Made by a program: the position numbers and the translations under genes
The notes under the pieces: generated by a model
What the model was told of the DNA's origin: nothing
Seen by the model: the letters and a program-made list of their open reading frames with translations, nothing else
The model's database searches: none
Assembly (NCBI RefSeq): GCF_006345805.1
Contig: NC_043010.1
Coordinates: 64,356,001-64,420,000, forward strand
Source: Octopus sinensis
Taxonomy: Eukaryota
Reading direction: 5' to 3'
DNA length: 64,000 nucleotides
Shown: positions 25,880-39,254 of the stretch, piece by piece
Layout of the letters: the number at the start of each line of letters is the position of its first letter
How positions within the stretch are numbered: the stretch's first letter is position 1

Positions 25880-26179
25880 GGAAGCGATTGGAAACTTCCC
25901 ATGTTATGATTGATGATACATCTAGTGATGGGGTCACAATAAAAATACTGGTAATTGTGCAATCTGATAATCGCTATCTCATATGAGTGACGATGAAAAA
26001 TATTGTGAAAGCGTTGCACCTGGCAGGCTCACAGCTACTGGTCCGATTCCCGCCTGTCGTTATCCAGCTAGGGACCCAACCACACAGATTAGATGGAACT
26101 AACAAATCAATGCTGTGGTCATGGAATGTTACTACCTGAGCAACCCTGTAAACGAAAATAGTTTTCATATATTAGGGGA

Positions 26180-26853
26180 CTAGCAGTATCGCCCGGCGTT
26201 GCTCGGGTTTGTAAGGGAAATAACTATATAAGCATTTTTAGAGAGTTATAGCCCCAAAATAGCAAAATATGCATTAAAAATGGAAAAAATATGATGGTAA
26301 ATTTTTTTTTAAATCGTTGACTCATCGTAGACATTTTTAGAGAGTTACTTCCCTTATATAATAGCGAAAAATGCATTAAAATGGAAAAAAAACGATGGTA
26401 ATTTTTTTTTTAAATCGTAGACTCATGTAGACGCTTTCTTAGCCATTTCTGTTTTGGTGTCTTCAAGCCATGAAGTCGTTGTTCTAAAAGAACGCTGGTC
26501 TCCTTGACAACGCATTACGACGTTGATTTCCTTACACTCCCTTCCCCACAGCTTCACGAGGGAAGGAAGAAGGGGGAAAAGCAACACAGGTGCAGGTGTG
26601 ACCATGGACGCCAACTCCGCCGCCATCGACACACGAAAAATTATGCATTAAAATGGAATAAAAAATGATGTTAAATTATTTTTAAAATCGTAGACTCATC
26701 GTAGACGCGCGCTAATACTCAGACGGGCTCGATATGAATCACGACTATAAGCTACCCGAATTTGGTTAAACTGCACCGCAAAATGTGGGAGTAGTTAGGA
26801 ATCTAAATCGAAGGGGACAGACACTCACACAACTACAGTTTTATATATATAGA
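26180..26853 (-). mobile_element. Non-autonomous Helitron, 674 bp
   Basis: Minus strand reads A|TCTATATATATAAAA ... CCCGAGCAACGCCGGG hairpin, 8 nt, CTAG|T. No TSD. Carries internal subrepeats. Confidence 0.85.
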
Positions 26854-26899
26854 TATACATAGCGCAGTAGTGGTGAGATGTGACAGCAAAGAAAAGCAT

Positions 26900-27462
26900 A
26901 CATTCACTCTCTGCATGCAATTAGGCTCGGAAAGTTCGTGAGGAACCCATTGACCCAATTTGCTGACTTTTCCGATAGCACACAGGTCTCAATGAATGGT
27001 TGAATGATCAAATCCAAGCTTCTCTGCTAGTTCCTCAACAGTTACGATGAGATTTTGTTCCACCAGGGTTTTCAGGATGTCCTTGTCGAGTTCTACAGAT
27101 CTTTCAGGATGAGGCTCGTCTTCTAGGCTGTAGTTTATGGCTCGGAATTTCTGGAACCACCATTGACACTGCCTTACGCTTATTGTCCAATCCCCATATA
27201 CTGCATTAATATTTCTTGTACTTTCCGTTGCGTTGTTGTCTTTATTGAAGTCATAAAGCAAAATATGCCAAATATGCTCCTTTGTTACTTCCAACATAGC
27301 TTTGAAAAAAATAGCTGTTAAAATCGAAATGCACTCTTCAAAACTTGCACTATGAATAAGGACAAGATAAAATTACTACCTGCTTTTATAGCAAGTTAAT
27401 ATAAGTAGTTTATCCCATTCCCCTCTGACTTTTAGTTCAAGCTGTTGAAAAAACCGCATTAT
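26900..27462 (-). mobile_element. Mariner 5' fragment (Mos1-like HTH)
   Basis: ORF 26989..27297 reads HILLYDF..NINAVYG..CQWWFQKFR..SLEDEP..TVEELAEKLG. A probable TIR end lies near 27445-27462. Confidence 0.75.
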
Positions 27463-27585
27463 TATATATATATACATACATACATACATATACACACACA
27501 CACTCTCTCTCTCTCACACATGCACACATTTATATTCTGTTATTCTTTTATATGTTTCAGCCTTGAGGTTGTGGCCATGCTGGAT

Positions 27586-27619
<34 letters not shown>

Positions 27620-30252
27620 TATCTGTCTGTCTGTCTGTATGTATATATGTATATGTATGTGTGTGAATAATAATATTTTCAACAGATGTGTTGCAAATGT
27701 ATCTGATTGTTCTCAAGCTTCAAATTTACTCTCTTCCAAGAACATTTTCACTCACTCTTATTTGTTAGCTTCCCATACATTTTACTCATGTATCTATCAG
27801 CGTTCATGGACAGTAACAAATATTACATCTAGTTTCATTTTATTCGTTACACAGTGTGTGTGTGCGTTTGCGTGTGCTGTAAACCAGACTAAGAAAAGCA
27901 TTTGACACACACACCAGAATGTGAGTTTTCTGTAAATTTTGCTTAATTGGAGTTTAAATTTTAAAAACTGGAGCTGGCATGACGCGATGCATTGTACTCT
28001 TAAAATTGCTAGGTAAATTGTAATTGAAGAAATCCTATATTGTAGATTTGTATAACTCCCAAAGGGAGGCAGATAAAATCTGCCTTTTATAATAAGAGAT
28101 ACCGACAACTTATGTATGATCAAGGAAGAGAAAGAGGATAGTTTCAATACACAGAACAGAGATTATGTGATCAAGATAGACAAATAAGAAAAAAATTGTT
28201 GGTTCATGGAAGTATAGCTCAAAGCTATCAAAAGACGGGTATTGGGAAACAGCAGTAGAGGAAACGATGAAAATGCTGTTCATACTGATAAAAGTAATCT
28301 CATAGTAGAAAGCAGAGGTGAGATCTCTAATAAACCACAGGAAAGGAACAGTGATAACTTGCTCGATGAGAGACATGAAATTCTGAAATACACGAGAACA
28401 AAAAAACATTACAGAAACAAAAAATTTGATGAAGGCAGCAAGTATTTCTGTAGCAGAAAATGTAGATGATGATGTCAAGAAAAAGATATATAATGGGAGT
28501 GACAAAAGAAAAAAAATCCATGGTAGAAAAGAAGAATACAGGTGGGGTTAAATATGTTCCCGAAAGACATTACTGGTGAAACCGAAAAGAGAAGAGGTTA
28601 CTTAAAAACAAACAAAAATACATGACACCGAACAGGAAGTATGATACTGAAAGAAAGGGCCTGAAAGTGGTAATAGAAGAACTGAAACAGCACTTCGTTG
28701 CAAAGAAAGTAAAGATGGTAAGATACGACCAAAGAAGGAAGGGTTACCACCAGCATGGGTTATTTAGAGTAGATCAGAAGAGATTCTATAAAGGAATAAA
28801 TGGAGAATGTACAGATGAAAAGTTGATACCAGATAACAATGAAAGTCAAAGATGTTCGAGTGACATCTGGAGCAAAGATAAGGAGCACGAAAAGGATGCT
28901 GAATGGTTATGGTTGCAAGAACTGAAACAAACAGTAGTCTGTCCAAAACAGACAGGACTAGTCATTTCAGTTCGGAAAGTGAAGGAAAGAAGCAAAAAAA
29001 AAAAAAAGGAGCAACTGGAAGGCCCCGGGATCAGATGGAGTTCAAGGCTACTGGATCAAATGATTTGGTGAATGTCATGCACGAATAGTGGCACAAATCA
29101 ACACCTTGTTAAATGCCGACCAAGTAACACCAGAGTGGTTGACATTGGGTAGGACAGTGCTGTGCTTGAAAAACATCGAAAAAGCCAATATGGTACACAA
29201 TTACTGGCCGATATCCTGTTTGCCACTTACGTGGAAATTATTAACTGGAATACTCGCAGAGTCAATGTACGAACATCTGGAAAAATATTTGGAGTCCTGC
29301 CACATGAGCAGAAGGGTTGCTAGCGTAAGTGCAGAGGTACCAAGGATCAACTCCTGATAGACAAAACTGTTCTTAGAGACTGTAAGAGGAGGAAAAGTAA
29401 CTTAGCCATGTCATGGATCGACTGTCGTAAGGCGTACAATATGATCCTACATTCTTGGATTATGGAATGTATGAACCTATTTGGTATTGCATCGAATGTT
29501 GAGCGATTGCTTGGAAAAAGTATGGTGAATTGGAGGACAGACCTGGCAGTATACGAAAGAAGTTTAGGGAAAGTAGAAATCAGAAAGGCATCTTCCAAGA
29601 GGACTGCCTGTCTCCATTGATCTTTGTACTGTGCTTGATTTCACTAACACTGATTCTCAGGAAAGCAAAAGCTGGGTATGTATTCAAAAGCCAGCAACAA
29701 ATAGTCAACCACTTGTTATTCATGGATGACCTCAAACTTTATGGTAAAGATGAAGCCCAAGTCAGTTCCCTCGTTGATACGATGTACTAGCAAGTTGAGC
29801 GATTGCTGAGAGATTTGGCTTTCTTATTTGTTTGTATATCATTGCTTTTGTTGTTGATGATGTTATTTGCATTTAGGTAAACTCAGATCGAGAAGGCAGT
29901 CCCATGTTATTCAACCACTATTACTGCTGTTGTTTATATTCTGATGAATCCTGACTGATTAGAAAGATCTACGGTTATAGATATTCCACCCGTGGCCATC
30001 TTAAGAGATATTTAGGTCTACATTGTTTAATGTTTCTTGTTTGTAGTCTAACAGGGTATTGTTTGAGGAAGATTTGGTCGCTGTTACTAGCAGATCAATC
30101 GAAAATATTGAGGCGCCGTAGTTGGTTAAATGATTTCCTATTATGGTTGTCTTGGTCATCAGTCATTCATTGATTTTTTTCCATCTTTTCATTTATGAAA
30201 CGAGTTCTTTACCGTTTTACGCAATATAAGGTATAATACGTTTGTTTTACAG

Positions 30253-30387
30253 TCTGCGATGAAGGCACATATGGACTACATTGCAACAAAACATGTAATT
30301 GTATTGATGATGACAACTGCAACCCGATTCATGGTGCATGTCCTAAAGGCTGTGCACTTGGATATGGGGGTTCCGAATGTCAGGAAC
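30253..30387 (+). CDS. Exon A2, 8-Cys EGF-like module (paralog of A1)
   Basis: Acceptor tttgttttacAG, donor GTAAGT, 135 nt. Translates CDEGTYGLHCNKTCNCIDDDNCNPIHGACPKGCALGYGGSECQE. Confidence 0.92.
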
Positions 30388-31243
30388 GTAAGTATACATC
30401 TATACTAATAATCAAACTAATTCCCCACTACTGACACACATGATCTGTTCTTAAATTTAATCAAGTGGGATACATGTGCATAAACCCATAAAAAATTTTT
30501 TTCTATTTGATATTGAGATGTCTTACTTAAAATTTTGATTGTTATAATCTTACTTTAACAATGTCTATCTCACCTATATACACGTATTGTATATAGGTAT
30601 TGTATATATACATGTGTTGTATATACATGTATTGATTAATTCAAGTTGTCGTACTCTCTACAAGGGCATAAGTATATAAATACTTATTTCGCTAAGCATT
30701 GAGTTATGTTGAACTAGCACTATGACCCGGCAACGCCGGGTCATAGTGCTAATGCATGCATATACAGCTGCGTGCGTGCACACCTACGCACGAGTACTGT
30801 CCAAATCTCCAACCAATCACATACAGCTAGCTGGCATTCAATTGGCGTATCAAGTTTCAGGCATTTTGATTGGGTTTTGGAAAGAAAATTCACAAAAAAG
30901 TCACTTCTATTGATTTTTTAATAGCTTTACAGGGTGACTAGGGAAATGTAAAGATGTGCTTGACCACCCTTGGACGGTTTTGAATGACCATAGAAAGTGC
31001 GAGCCCTCTAACTGAAAAATTGTGGATTTGTATAAAGGACACGCATGCAGACATTTTGCCGTTTATATATATAGAGATTATTAATGAAAACTGAGGGAAG
31101 TAAATGTGAACAACAGACATGTTTAACATCCTAGAATTTGTGGAAGTAACACCCACACAGGTTAAGTTACCTCTCCGTATCTAATGCACTCAGTACATAA
31201 ATATTTTAATGATGATAAAGATGATCATGTTGTTGTTGTTCTT

Positions 31244-31346
31244 TTTCTTCTTCTTCTCCTCCTCCTCCTCCTTCTTCTTCTTCTTCTTCTTCTTCTTCTT
31301 CTTCTTCTTCTTCTTCTTCTTCTTCTTCTTCTTTCTTCTTCTTCTT
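31244..31346. repeat. (CTT/CCT)n microsatellite
   Basis: Directly visible; much shorter in the paralogs near 2350 and 53605. Confidence 0.95.
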
Positions 31347-33722
31347 CACGTTCAAATTACTCCGAAGCATTTCTTGTTGACAGAACTCTAGTCGTGGATC
31401 AAACGAAGACCAAAGTTGAGTATTTGGCATCTAGAATATTGCCAGGAACTCATTGAATTGCATTAGCTGCACAAAACCGTTAACGGGAAAACACCTCAAG
31501 ATTTCTGGGGCGCGGGGCTAGTTCATGGTGTGAGCGATGATGTTTTAGGATTGAATCTAGGCCTTGACAGAAGATCTTCGGGTCGAAGATCATGGACAAT
31601 TTCTAAAAGTCTTCGGTATAGCAGTACTACAGTGAGACATTGCCTGTTAGAGAATAACTCTTCAGGCATGGAAGATCCAACAGCCGAGCCTGCTTGAGAT
31701 GCATGCAGGGCGACGAAACCGTCTTGCATGCAATAATTCAGTGTCCGTACATTGGAGAAAGAAATAATATCCGACATTCAGCACATCTCGAGAGCCAAGC
31801 AATTTGTGGGTATTTGATTGCTCTTCAAGATTGAAGTTCTGGCCGTCAAATACTCTGTGGCTCCCTGTCGGAGCGAAAGACATCTTCTCTATCCATCGTA
31901 TTAGGAAGGAGGACTGTGAGAGTGAAGATCTCAAGAATTCCACCTGAGTTAAATTTATGGTGGATTTTAGCGTGCGTCGTATTGGGAGGGAATAACAGCC
32001 GCCTGGAGGTGAAGCGAACCCGTCGTGGAAATCGGTCTGGGATTAGCGTGAAGGTACTACTCTACATTAAACCAGACACAATCCACAAGATCCCAGATCT
32101 CTTTGGTATTCTTGGAGAAGAAGTGCTGCATCTTACAGTTGATGTTAGAAGGCCATGGCACCACCTATGTGGAGGTTGGTGGGTTGGCCACTTGAAAGCT
32201 TTCTCTTCTAAACAGAAGATAGGGAACAATAGGGCCTACTTATTGTCAATACCAGGTCCCCACAAGCCACAAGTCAGCTATCAGTGAACAACAATAAAGG
32301 CTGCAACAACTCTGGAAACAACAGCATCATCAACAAGAACAACAAAATCAGCAAATGCTGGAAGAAACCAAGGAAAACAACAACATCAACAATACCAATA
32401 ACGCGAGTAACAGATGCACCACCACCACCACCCTCAGCAGAAAGAATAATTATAACGTACACCCGACACTCAGTATGTCCCTTTCAACGAAGCCCGGCCT
32501 CTCCTGTCCCCACCCCATCTCCTTTAAGGTCAAATACATACAGACTTGCACCCTGATTCTACAGATACTGATACCTCTGCAACACAAAGTGAAAACGAGG
32601 GAGAAACCCCGCCTGAAAAAGAAATATAAAAAGCATAAAGTATCATTCTCCTCGCCAACGCACGCCAAAATCCTCGAAAATATGCTCACAACATCCACAA
32701 ATACACCTACAGCAACGCCAACCTCTCTTGTACTACGATTACCAACACATCCACCACTATTACAACCATCTCCACCAATACTAGCACCACTGCAACAATT
32801 CACAAAAAGAAAACACCCCAAGCAATAACAACTGTAGTGACGTCATATTCCAGTGTGCGCACACGCAACGTCATTCTTCAGTGTGCGTGTGCAGAACGTC
32901 ACCTTTGTAGTGATGTCATATGCCAGTGTGCGCACACGCAACGTCATTCATCAATGTTTGTGTGCTGAACGTCCTTCTTCAGTGTGCGTGTGTGGCGTTG
33001 GAGCCTTCTGGAAAGGCATAAGGAAGTTCCCTCATGCACATGCGCTAGAGACTGAAGAATAAATTGTATAGCATTCCTTAATAGCGTCGGGAACTTGAGA
33101 CACGGCGATAGAAGAGAAAGGACGTATATTTTGAAACTTGTGATCAGCCTATTCTCCTGTCCCAGACGCTTAGGATTTAACCTGTTCTATTGCTGCTGAA
33201 TTGTTGTAAAGCTTACAAACGTTTAAATTCAGCCTTGCTGTGTTGAACTAGATGGATACCAGCATACCATCGTGTTTCATTGTTGAACCAAGAAAATTAA
33301 GAATTATATATATTTAAAAAAAAAAGAAAAAAAACCCAGCATACCATCGTGTTTCATTGTTGAACCAAGAAAATAAAGAATTATATCTATTTTAAAACTT
33401 GCGTTTCGTTCCTGACTGGTAGTTTCTAGAAACAAAAAGAAAGGAAATTGTGTTGCACCCAAGTTGCACCCCAAAAGTGTAAAGAAGCAACCAGTTCCCT
33501 TTACAGTGGTGACCCCGAACATAGAACATTTAACTGAAATCTAGAATCTACCTAGTCTGAAACAATCAACCCACCGCAGTCATTATCTTTCAACAATTTG
33601 TCTCCAGTCGTCTCAAGCAGTTTCAGCAATTTCATCGTCGACGAAAAAAGTTTGACTTAAGCTGTTAGTGTGATCCGTGACCAAGCATAACAGGCAGTCA
33701 AACTTAAGAAGAGTTTGAGCAT

Positions 33723-36339
33723 ATGCTCCAGCTTGGTCTGATACGCCTAGCCACCAGTCCATGGGCATCACCCCTTCATTTAGTTCGAAAAGGGGATACA
33801 GATTTTCGCCCGGTGGGAGATTATCAGCGTCTAAATTCTGTGACGATTCCGGACAGATATCCAATTAGGAATCTCAATGACTTTTCAGCGAATCTCCATG
33901 GCTGTACCATTTTTTCTAAGGTTGACCTCATATGTGCTTATCATCAAATACCGGTCAACCCAGACGATGTTCCTAAAACGGCTATTACCACTCCTTTTGG
34001 TTGTTTTGAATTTTTATATATGAGTTTTGGTTTGCGGAACGCCACTAGTACGTTCCAACGTTTTATAGATGAAGTTGTTCGTGGACTTGATTTTGTTTTC
34101 GCGTATGTCGATGATATTCTCATCGCAAGTGATACGCATGAAAATCATCTCCAGCACTTGTCTCAGCTTTTTCAGCGTCTTCGCGACTATGGTGTTCGCA
34201 TTAATCCAGACAAGTGTGTTTTTGGGCAACCATCTCTTGATTTTCTCGGTCATTATATTGATTCGAGTGGAATCAAACCACTCTCGTCTAAAGTCGATGC
34301 AATTCAGCGCATCGCACCACCTTCTTCTTTGCGTCAACTTCGCCATTTTTTGGGTATAGTTAATTTCTATCGACGCTTCATAAATCGGTGTGCGGACAAG
34401 TTGTTTCCTTTAACGCAGTTGCTAAAGGGCAATTCTAAAAAGGACGCCCGTCTTACTCTTTCAGCTGAAGCACTGTCTGCCTTTGAGTTAGTTAAAAAGG
34501 AACTAGCTTCAATTCCTGTTTTAGCACATCCAGCTCCTGATGCTTCACTTACTTTATCTGTGGACGCATCAGATTCTGCAGTTGGCGCTGTCTTGCAGCA
34601 CACCGTAGATGGTGAAACTAAACCTTTGGCTTTCTTTTCTTGCCAGCTAAAGCCGGCTGAACGCAGATATAGTACTTTTGATCGAGAGTTACTAGCAATC
34701 TATCTGTCAGTTCGGCATTTTCAGCACCAGCTCGAGGGACGAGAGTTTGTGATTTATACTGATCACAAGCCCCTTACTTTTGCACTATCTTCTAAAACGG
34801 ATAAACTCTCTCCTCGTGCTTTCCGTCACCTGGACTATATTTCTCAGTTTACAAGAGACATTCGACATGTGCCAGGGAAGGAGAACGTCCCAGCTGATGC
34901 TCTTTCTAGACACCCTGTCAATTCCATTTCCTCTCCGGCAGAAATTGACTTAACTGCTATTTCGCAGGATCAACCACCTTTAGCGGAGTTGGATTTAACT
35001 TCGCCCAAGTTTATCAATTGTAAGTTTGCCTACCAACCGCTCCCTTCAGCAGAAGGCTCTATTCTTTGTGACGTATCCACCGGTTCTCCTAGACCGTTAG
35101 TACCTGAGAAACATCAACGTTCTGTTTTTGAAGCTCTTCATTCATTGTCACATCCGGGTATCTCTGCCACAGTAAAGCTTGTTACTGCTCGGTTCTTCTG
35201 GCCCAATATGCGACGATCGATTACCTCTTGGGCACGCTCTTGTTTGAGGTGCCAGAGTGCTAAAGTCCATAGACACGTTCGTGCTCCACTTGGACAGTTT
35301 TCTTCTCCTGAGGCCCGTTTTCGCTATGTCCACCTTGATTTGGTTGGACCATGGCCTGTGAGTCGCGGGTTCTCATATATTTTAACCTGTATTGATCGTT
35401 TCTCACGTTGGCCGGAAGCTATTCCTATAGCAGACATTTCTGCTGAAACTGTTGCGAAAGCTTTCATGTCTAATTGGATTTCTAGGTATGGTGTACCGTC
35501 CAGTTTAACCACAGATCGTGGTCGACAATTCGAAGCGTTTTTATTTCGTGAGTTATCACGAATCCTGGGAATGCATCATATACACACCACTAGTTACCAT
35601 TCCGCTTGTAATGGGATGGGGGAGCGTTTCCACAGGCAACTTAAGGCCACGTTGCGTGCCTCGCCAAATCCACAGTCGTGGACTGAATTTCTTCCTATCG
35701 TCCTGCTTGGATGTCGGACTGCGATTAAAGCAGACTTTGTTTTTTTCTTCTGCCAAGCTCTTGTATGGTACCACACTGGCATTGCCTGGTATGATGTTGG
35801 TGCCAGACAAGTCACAGTCTCTTAATTTAGAGTCTTATGTTGCTCGTCTACGCAGATATTTTTCTGCCCTTCCTCCTATGGGCCCTCGACACCAAAATCC
35901 TTCTAATGTGCCATCAAATCTTGATTCTTGGACGCATGTTTTTGTTCGTGATGATTCTGTCAAAGGACCTCTTGTTTCTCCTTATAAAGGACCTTTTCGT
36001 GTGATGTCTCGCACGTCGAAGGTATTCAAACTTGAAATTAACGGTCGTTCGGAGACCGTCTCCGTAGATCGTCTTAAAAGGGCATATTTTGAGGTGTCCA
36101 TATCTTTTGATGACCCCACTGCCACAACCATCGTTGAACCTTCACATGCGCCTTTGACAACACCACCATTCACACATGCACCTTTGAAAACACCACCATT
36201 TACACATGCACCTTTATCAACACCAACATCGGCAACACCACCTTCGTCGTCGCAGCCTGCCTCGAACAAACCTTATGTTACGAGGTCAGGCACAACTGTT
36301 CACTGGCCGAAGAAACTTTCAAAGACGATTTATATTTAA
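33723..36339 (+). pseudogene. Gypsy pol (RT-RNase H-integrase), frameshifted near 35740
   Basis: RT motifs SPWASP and YVDD; RNase H motifs VDAS, ELLA and YTDHKPL; integrase HHCC, HLD, TDRG and ER; PYKGPF follows in the next frame. Confidence 0.92.
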
Positions 36340-36996
36340 CATTCTCAATTGACTTCCCAGTGACAGTTATGATACTAATTGAACTTTGTTCATTTGAGTA
36401 TTATTTTTTTCTTTTCCTTTGCTGCATGCTTGTTTATATTATGGATTTTTGTTGTTGTTTTAATTTGTCATATTATGAGCTATTTTGGTGATTTGGTATC
36501 CACCTTATATTCTGAAACCACTACAAGGAATTTTGTTTCGTGCTTCCGCACTCGAGGGGGAAAATTTGTAGTGACGTCATATTCCAGTGTGCGCACACGC
36601 AGTGTGTCATTCTTCAGTGTGCGTGTGCGGAACGTCACCTTTGTAGTGATGTCATATGCCAGTGTGCGCACACGCAACGTCATTCTTCAGTGTGCGTGTG
36701 CGGAATGTCCTTCTTCAGTGTGCGTGTACGGGGTTGGAGCTTTCTGGAACCTTATGGAAAGGCATAAGGAAGTTCCCTCATTCACATGCACTAGAGACTG
36801 AAGAATAAATTCTATAGCGTTCCTTAATAGCGCCGGGGACTTGAGACACGGCGATAGAAGAGAAAGGACGTATATTTTGAAACCTGTGATTAGCCTATTC
36901 TCCTGTCCCAGACGCTTAGGATTTAACCTGTTCTATTGCTGCTGAATTGTTGTAAAGCTTACAAACGTTTGAATTCAGCCTTGCTGTGTTGAACTA

Positions 36997-38287
36997 CGAG
37001 GGGCGTTCAATAAGTAATGCCCCTGACCCACTTCCCAAGGAGTAGAGCAACGAAACTTGGCATAGTTATTAGTCTTTTTCTACATAGGAACCACCCAGAG
37101 TTACGCATTTCTCCCATCGTTTGATACAGCTCTGAAGACCATTTCTGTAGAAGACACCAGTTTGGTCCTCAAGCCACGATGTGACTTCAGAAATCAAGGC
37201 TGCATCATCTGGGAAACGCTTTCCTTTCAAAAACAACTTCATGGCTGGGAAGAGGTGAAAATCAGAAGGTGCAAGGTCAGAAGAGTAGGGGGATGGGGGA
37301 GGAGTTCATAGCCGCACGCCTGTGCTTCTGATCTGGTGACACGCGAGTTGTGGACCAGAGCATTGTCCTGCAGGAGGAGGATGCCTTCGCTGATCTTGCC
37401 CCGCCTCTTGATTTTGATAGCTTCTCTTAATTTCTTCAAAAGTGAAGCATAATAGGCTCCTGTAATTGTGGCACCATTTCCCAGGAAATCTGTCATCACT
37501 ACTCCGTCCTGGTCCCAGAAGACTGTGAGCATGACCTTGCCAGCGGAGGGCTGCACCCTTGCCTTCTTTGGAGAAGGGGAGTCACGGTGCTTCCACTGCA
37601 TTGACTGGGCTTTGGTCTCTGGATCATAGTGATGGGCCCAGGTTTCATCCTGTGTAATCAGTCTTTTGAAACATTTTGACTCATCTTCTTGGCACATCTC
37701 CAAATTCATTCTCGAGCACTCAACGCGTTCTTGCTTCTGGAAAGGTATGAGCCACCTGGGAACCCATCTGGCAGACACCTTTTGCATATGCAAATGGTCA
37801 TGAATGATAGTTTCCACAGACCCGGTACTAATCTTGACCTCATGGGCTATTTTGCGAATAGTTATGCATCGATCTTCCAAAATGGCAGCCTCAACTTGAC
37901 TGACAGATGCCTCATCAATGGCAGAAGGGGGCGACCAGATCTGGGAGCTGTTTCCACAGAGTTCCAACCATGTTTGAATTCACGATGTCAGCGTTTTACA
38001 AGGTCCATATGATGGGGCATTATCACAATAAGTTACTTTCATTTCATCAAAAGTCTCCCGTGGTGTGCGTCCTCTCAAATACAAAAACTGGATCACTGCT
38101 CGACATTCAACAGACTCCATTTCACACTTGACTCAGTTCAAACACCTGTAAATCAGAAACCACAATTAGTTTAGAGCTGTAATTTGCCACTTAATCCATA
38201 GAGATATAAGTAATTGTACATGCAAAATTTCAGCTAGATCGAACAACTTCAAGTGGATCAGGGGCATTACTTATTGAACGCCCCTCG
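36997..38287 (-). mobile_element. Full-length mariner (1291 bp) nested in the Gypsy 3' LTR
   Basis: TIRs CGAGGGGCGTTCAATAAGTAATGCCCCTGA with TA TSD. Transposase motifs WVPR, TQDETW and QDNA; the YSPDLAPSD motif is frameshifted. Empty site in the 5' LTR at about 33249. Confidence 0.93.
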
Positions 38288-38557
38288 TAGGTGGATACCA
38301 GCATACCATCGTGTTTCATTGTTGAACCAAGAAAATAAAGAATTATATCTATTTTTAAACTTGCGTTTCGTTCCTGACTGGTAGTTTCTAGAAACAAAAA
38401 GAAAGGAAATTGTGTTGCACCCCAAAAGCGTAAAGAAGCAACCAGTTCCCTTTACACAACCAATCACAAACACAAAACTTAGTGCTAGTGAGGAGGGCTC
38501 TCACAGCACGAAGAAAAGAAATATATATATATATACATTTATATATATATATATATA

Positions 38558-39027
<470 letters not shown>

Positions 39028-39207
39028 TTTTTTTCTCTCCTTGTTTTTTCTGTGTCCCTTTCTGAAGAAGAGCGTAGGCTCGAAACGTAAAAGATTTTTT
39101 CTATTCCTGAGCGTTATACTAATACATCTGTTTGTTTTTACACCACCTGTCTTCGTCTTTTGTTTTTTTCGTAAACTCTCCCTATATATATATATATATA
39201 AGTATAT

Positions 39208-39254
<47 letters not shown>

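Larger units (their letters stand above)
25880..29790 (+). mobile_element. Decayed R4/Dong-like LINE interrupted at about 26180-28100 (paralog at about 50513-52151)
   Basis: N-terminal VMECYYLSNPV-like piece near 26115-26150. RT fragments at 28622-29790 include FRVDQKRFY and FMDDLKLY. Confidence 0.7.
32833..38456 (+). mobile_element. Gypsy/Ty3 LTR retrotransposon lacking gag and protease
   Basis: 5' LTR at 32833-33505. PBS TGGTGACCCCGA at 33507-33518. PPT GAGGGGGAAAA at 36554-36564. 3' LTR at 36567-38456, split by a mariner. 4-bp TSD CAAC. Empty sites near 4555 and 55741. Confidence 0.93.

Noticed and set aside
26200-26720. CRISPR-like or regulatory repeat array
   Set aside because: These are irregular subrepeats inside a non-autonomous Helitron, with no constant repeat-spacer period and a eukaryotic context.
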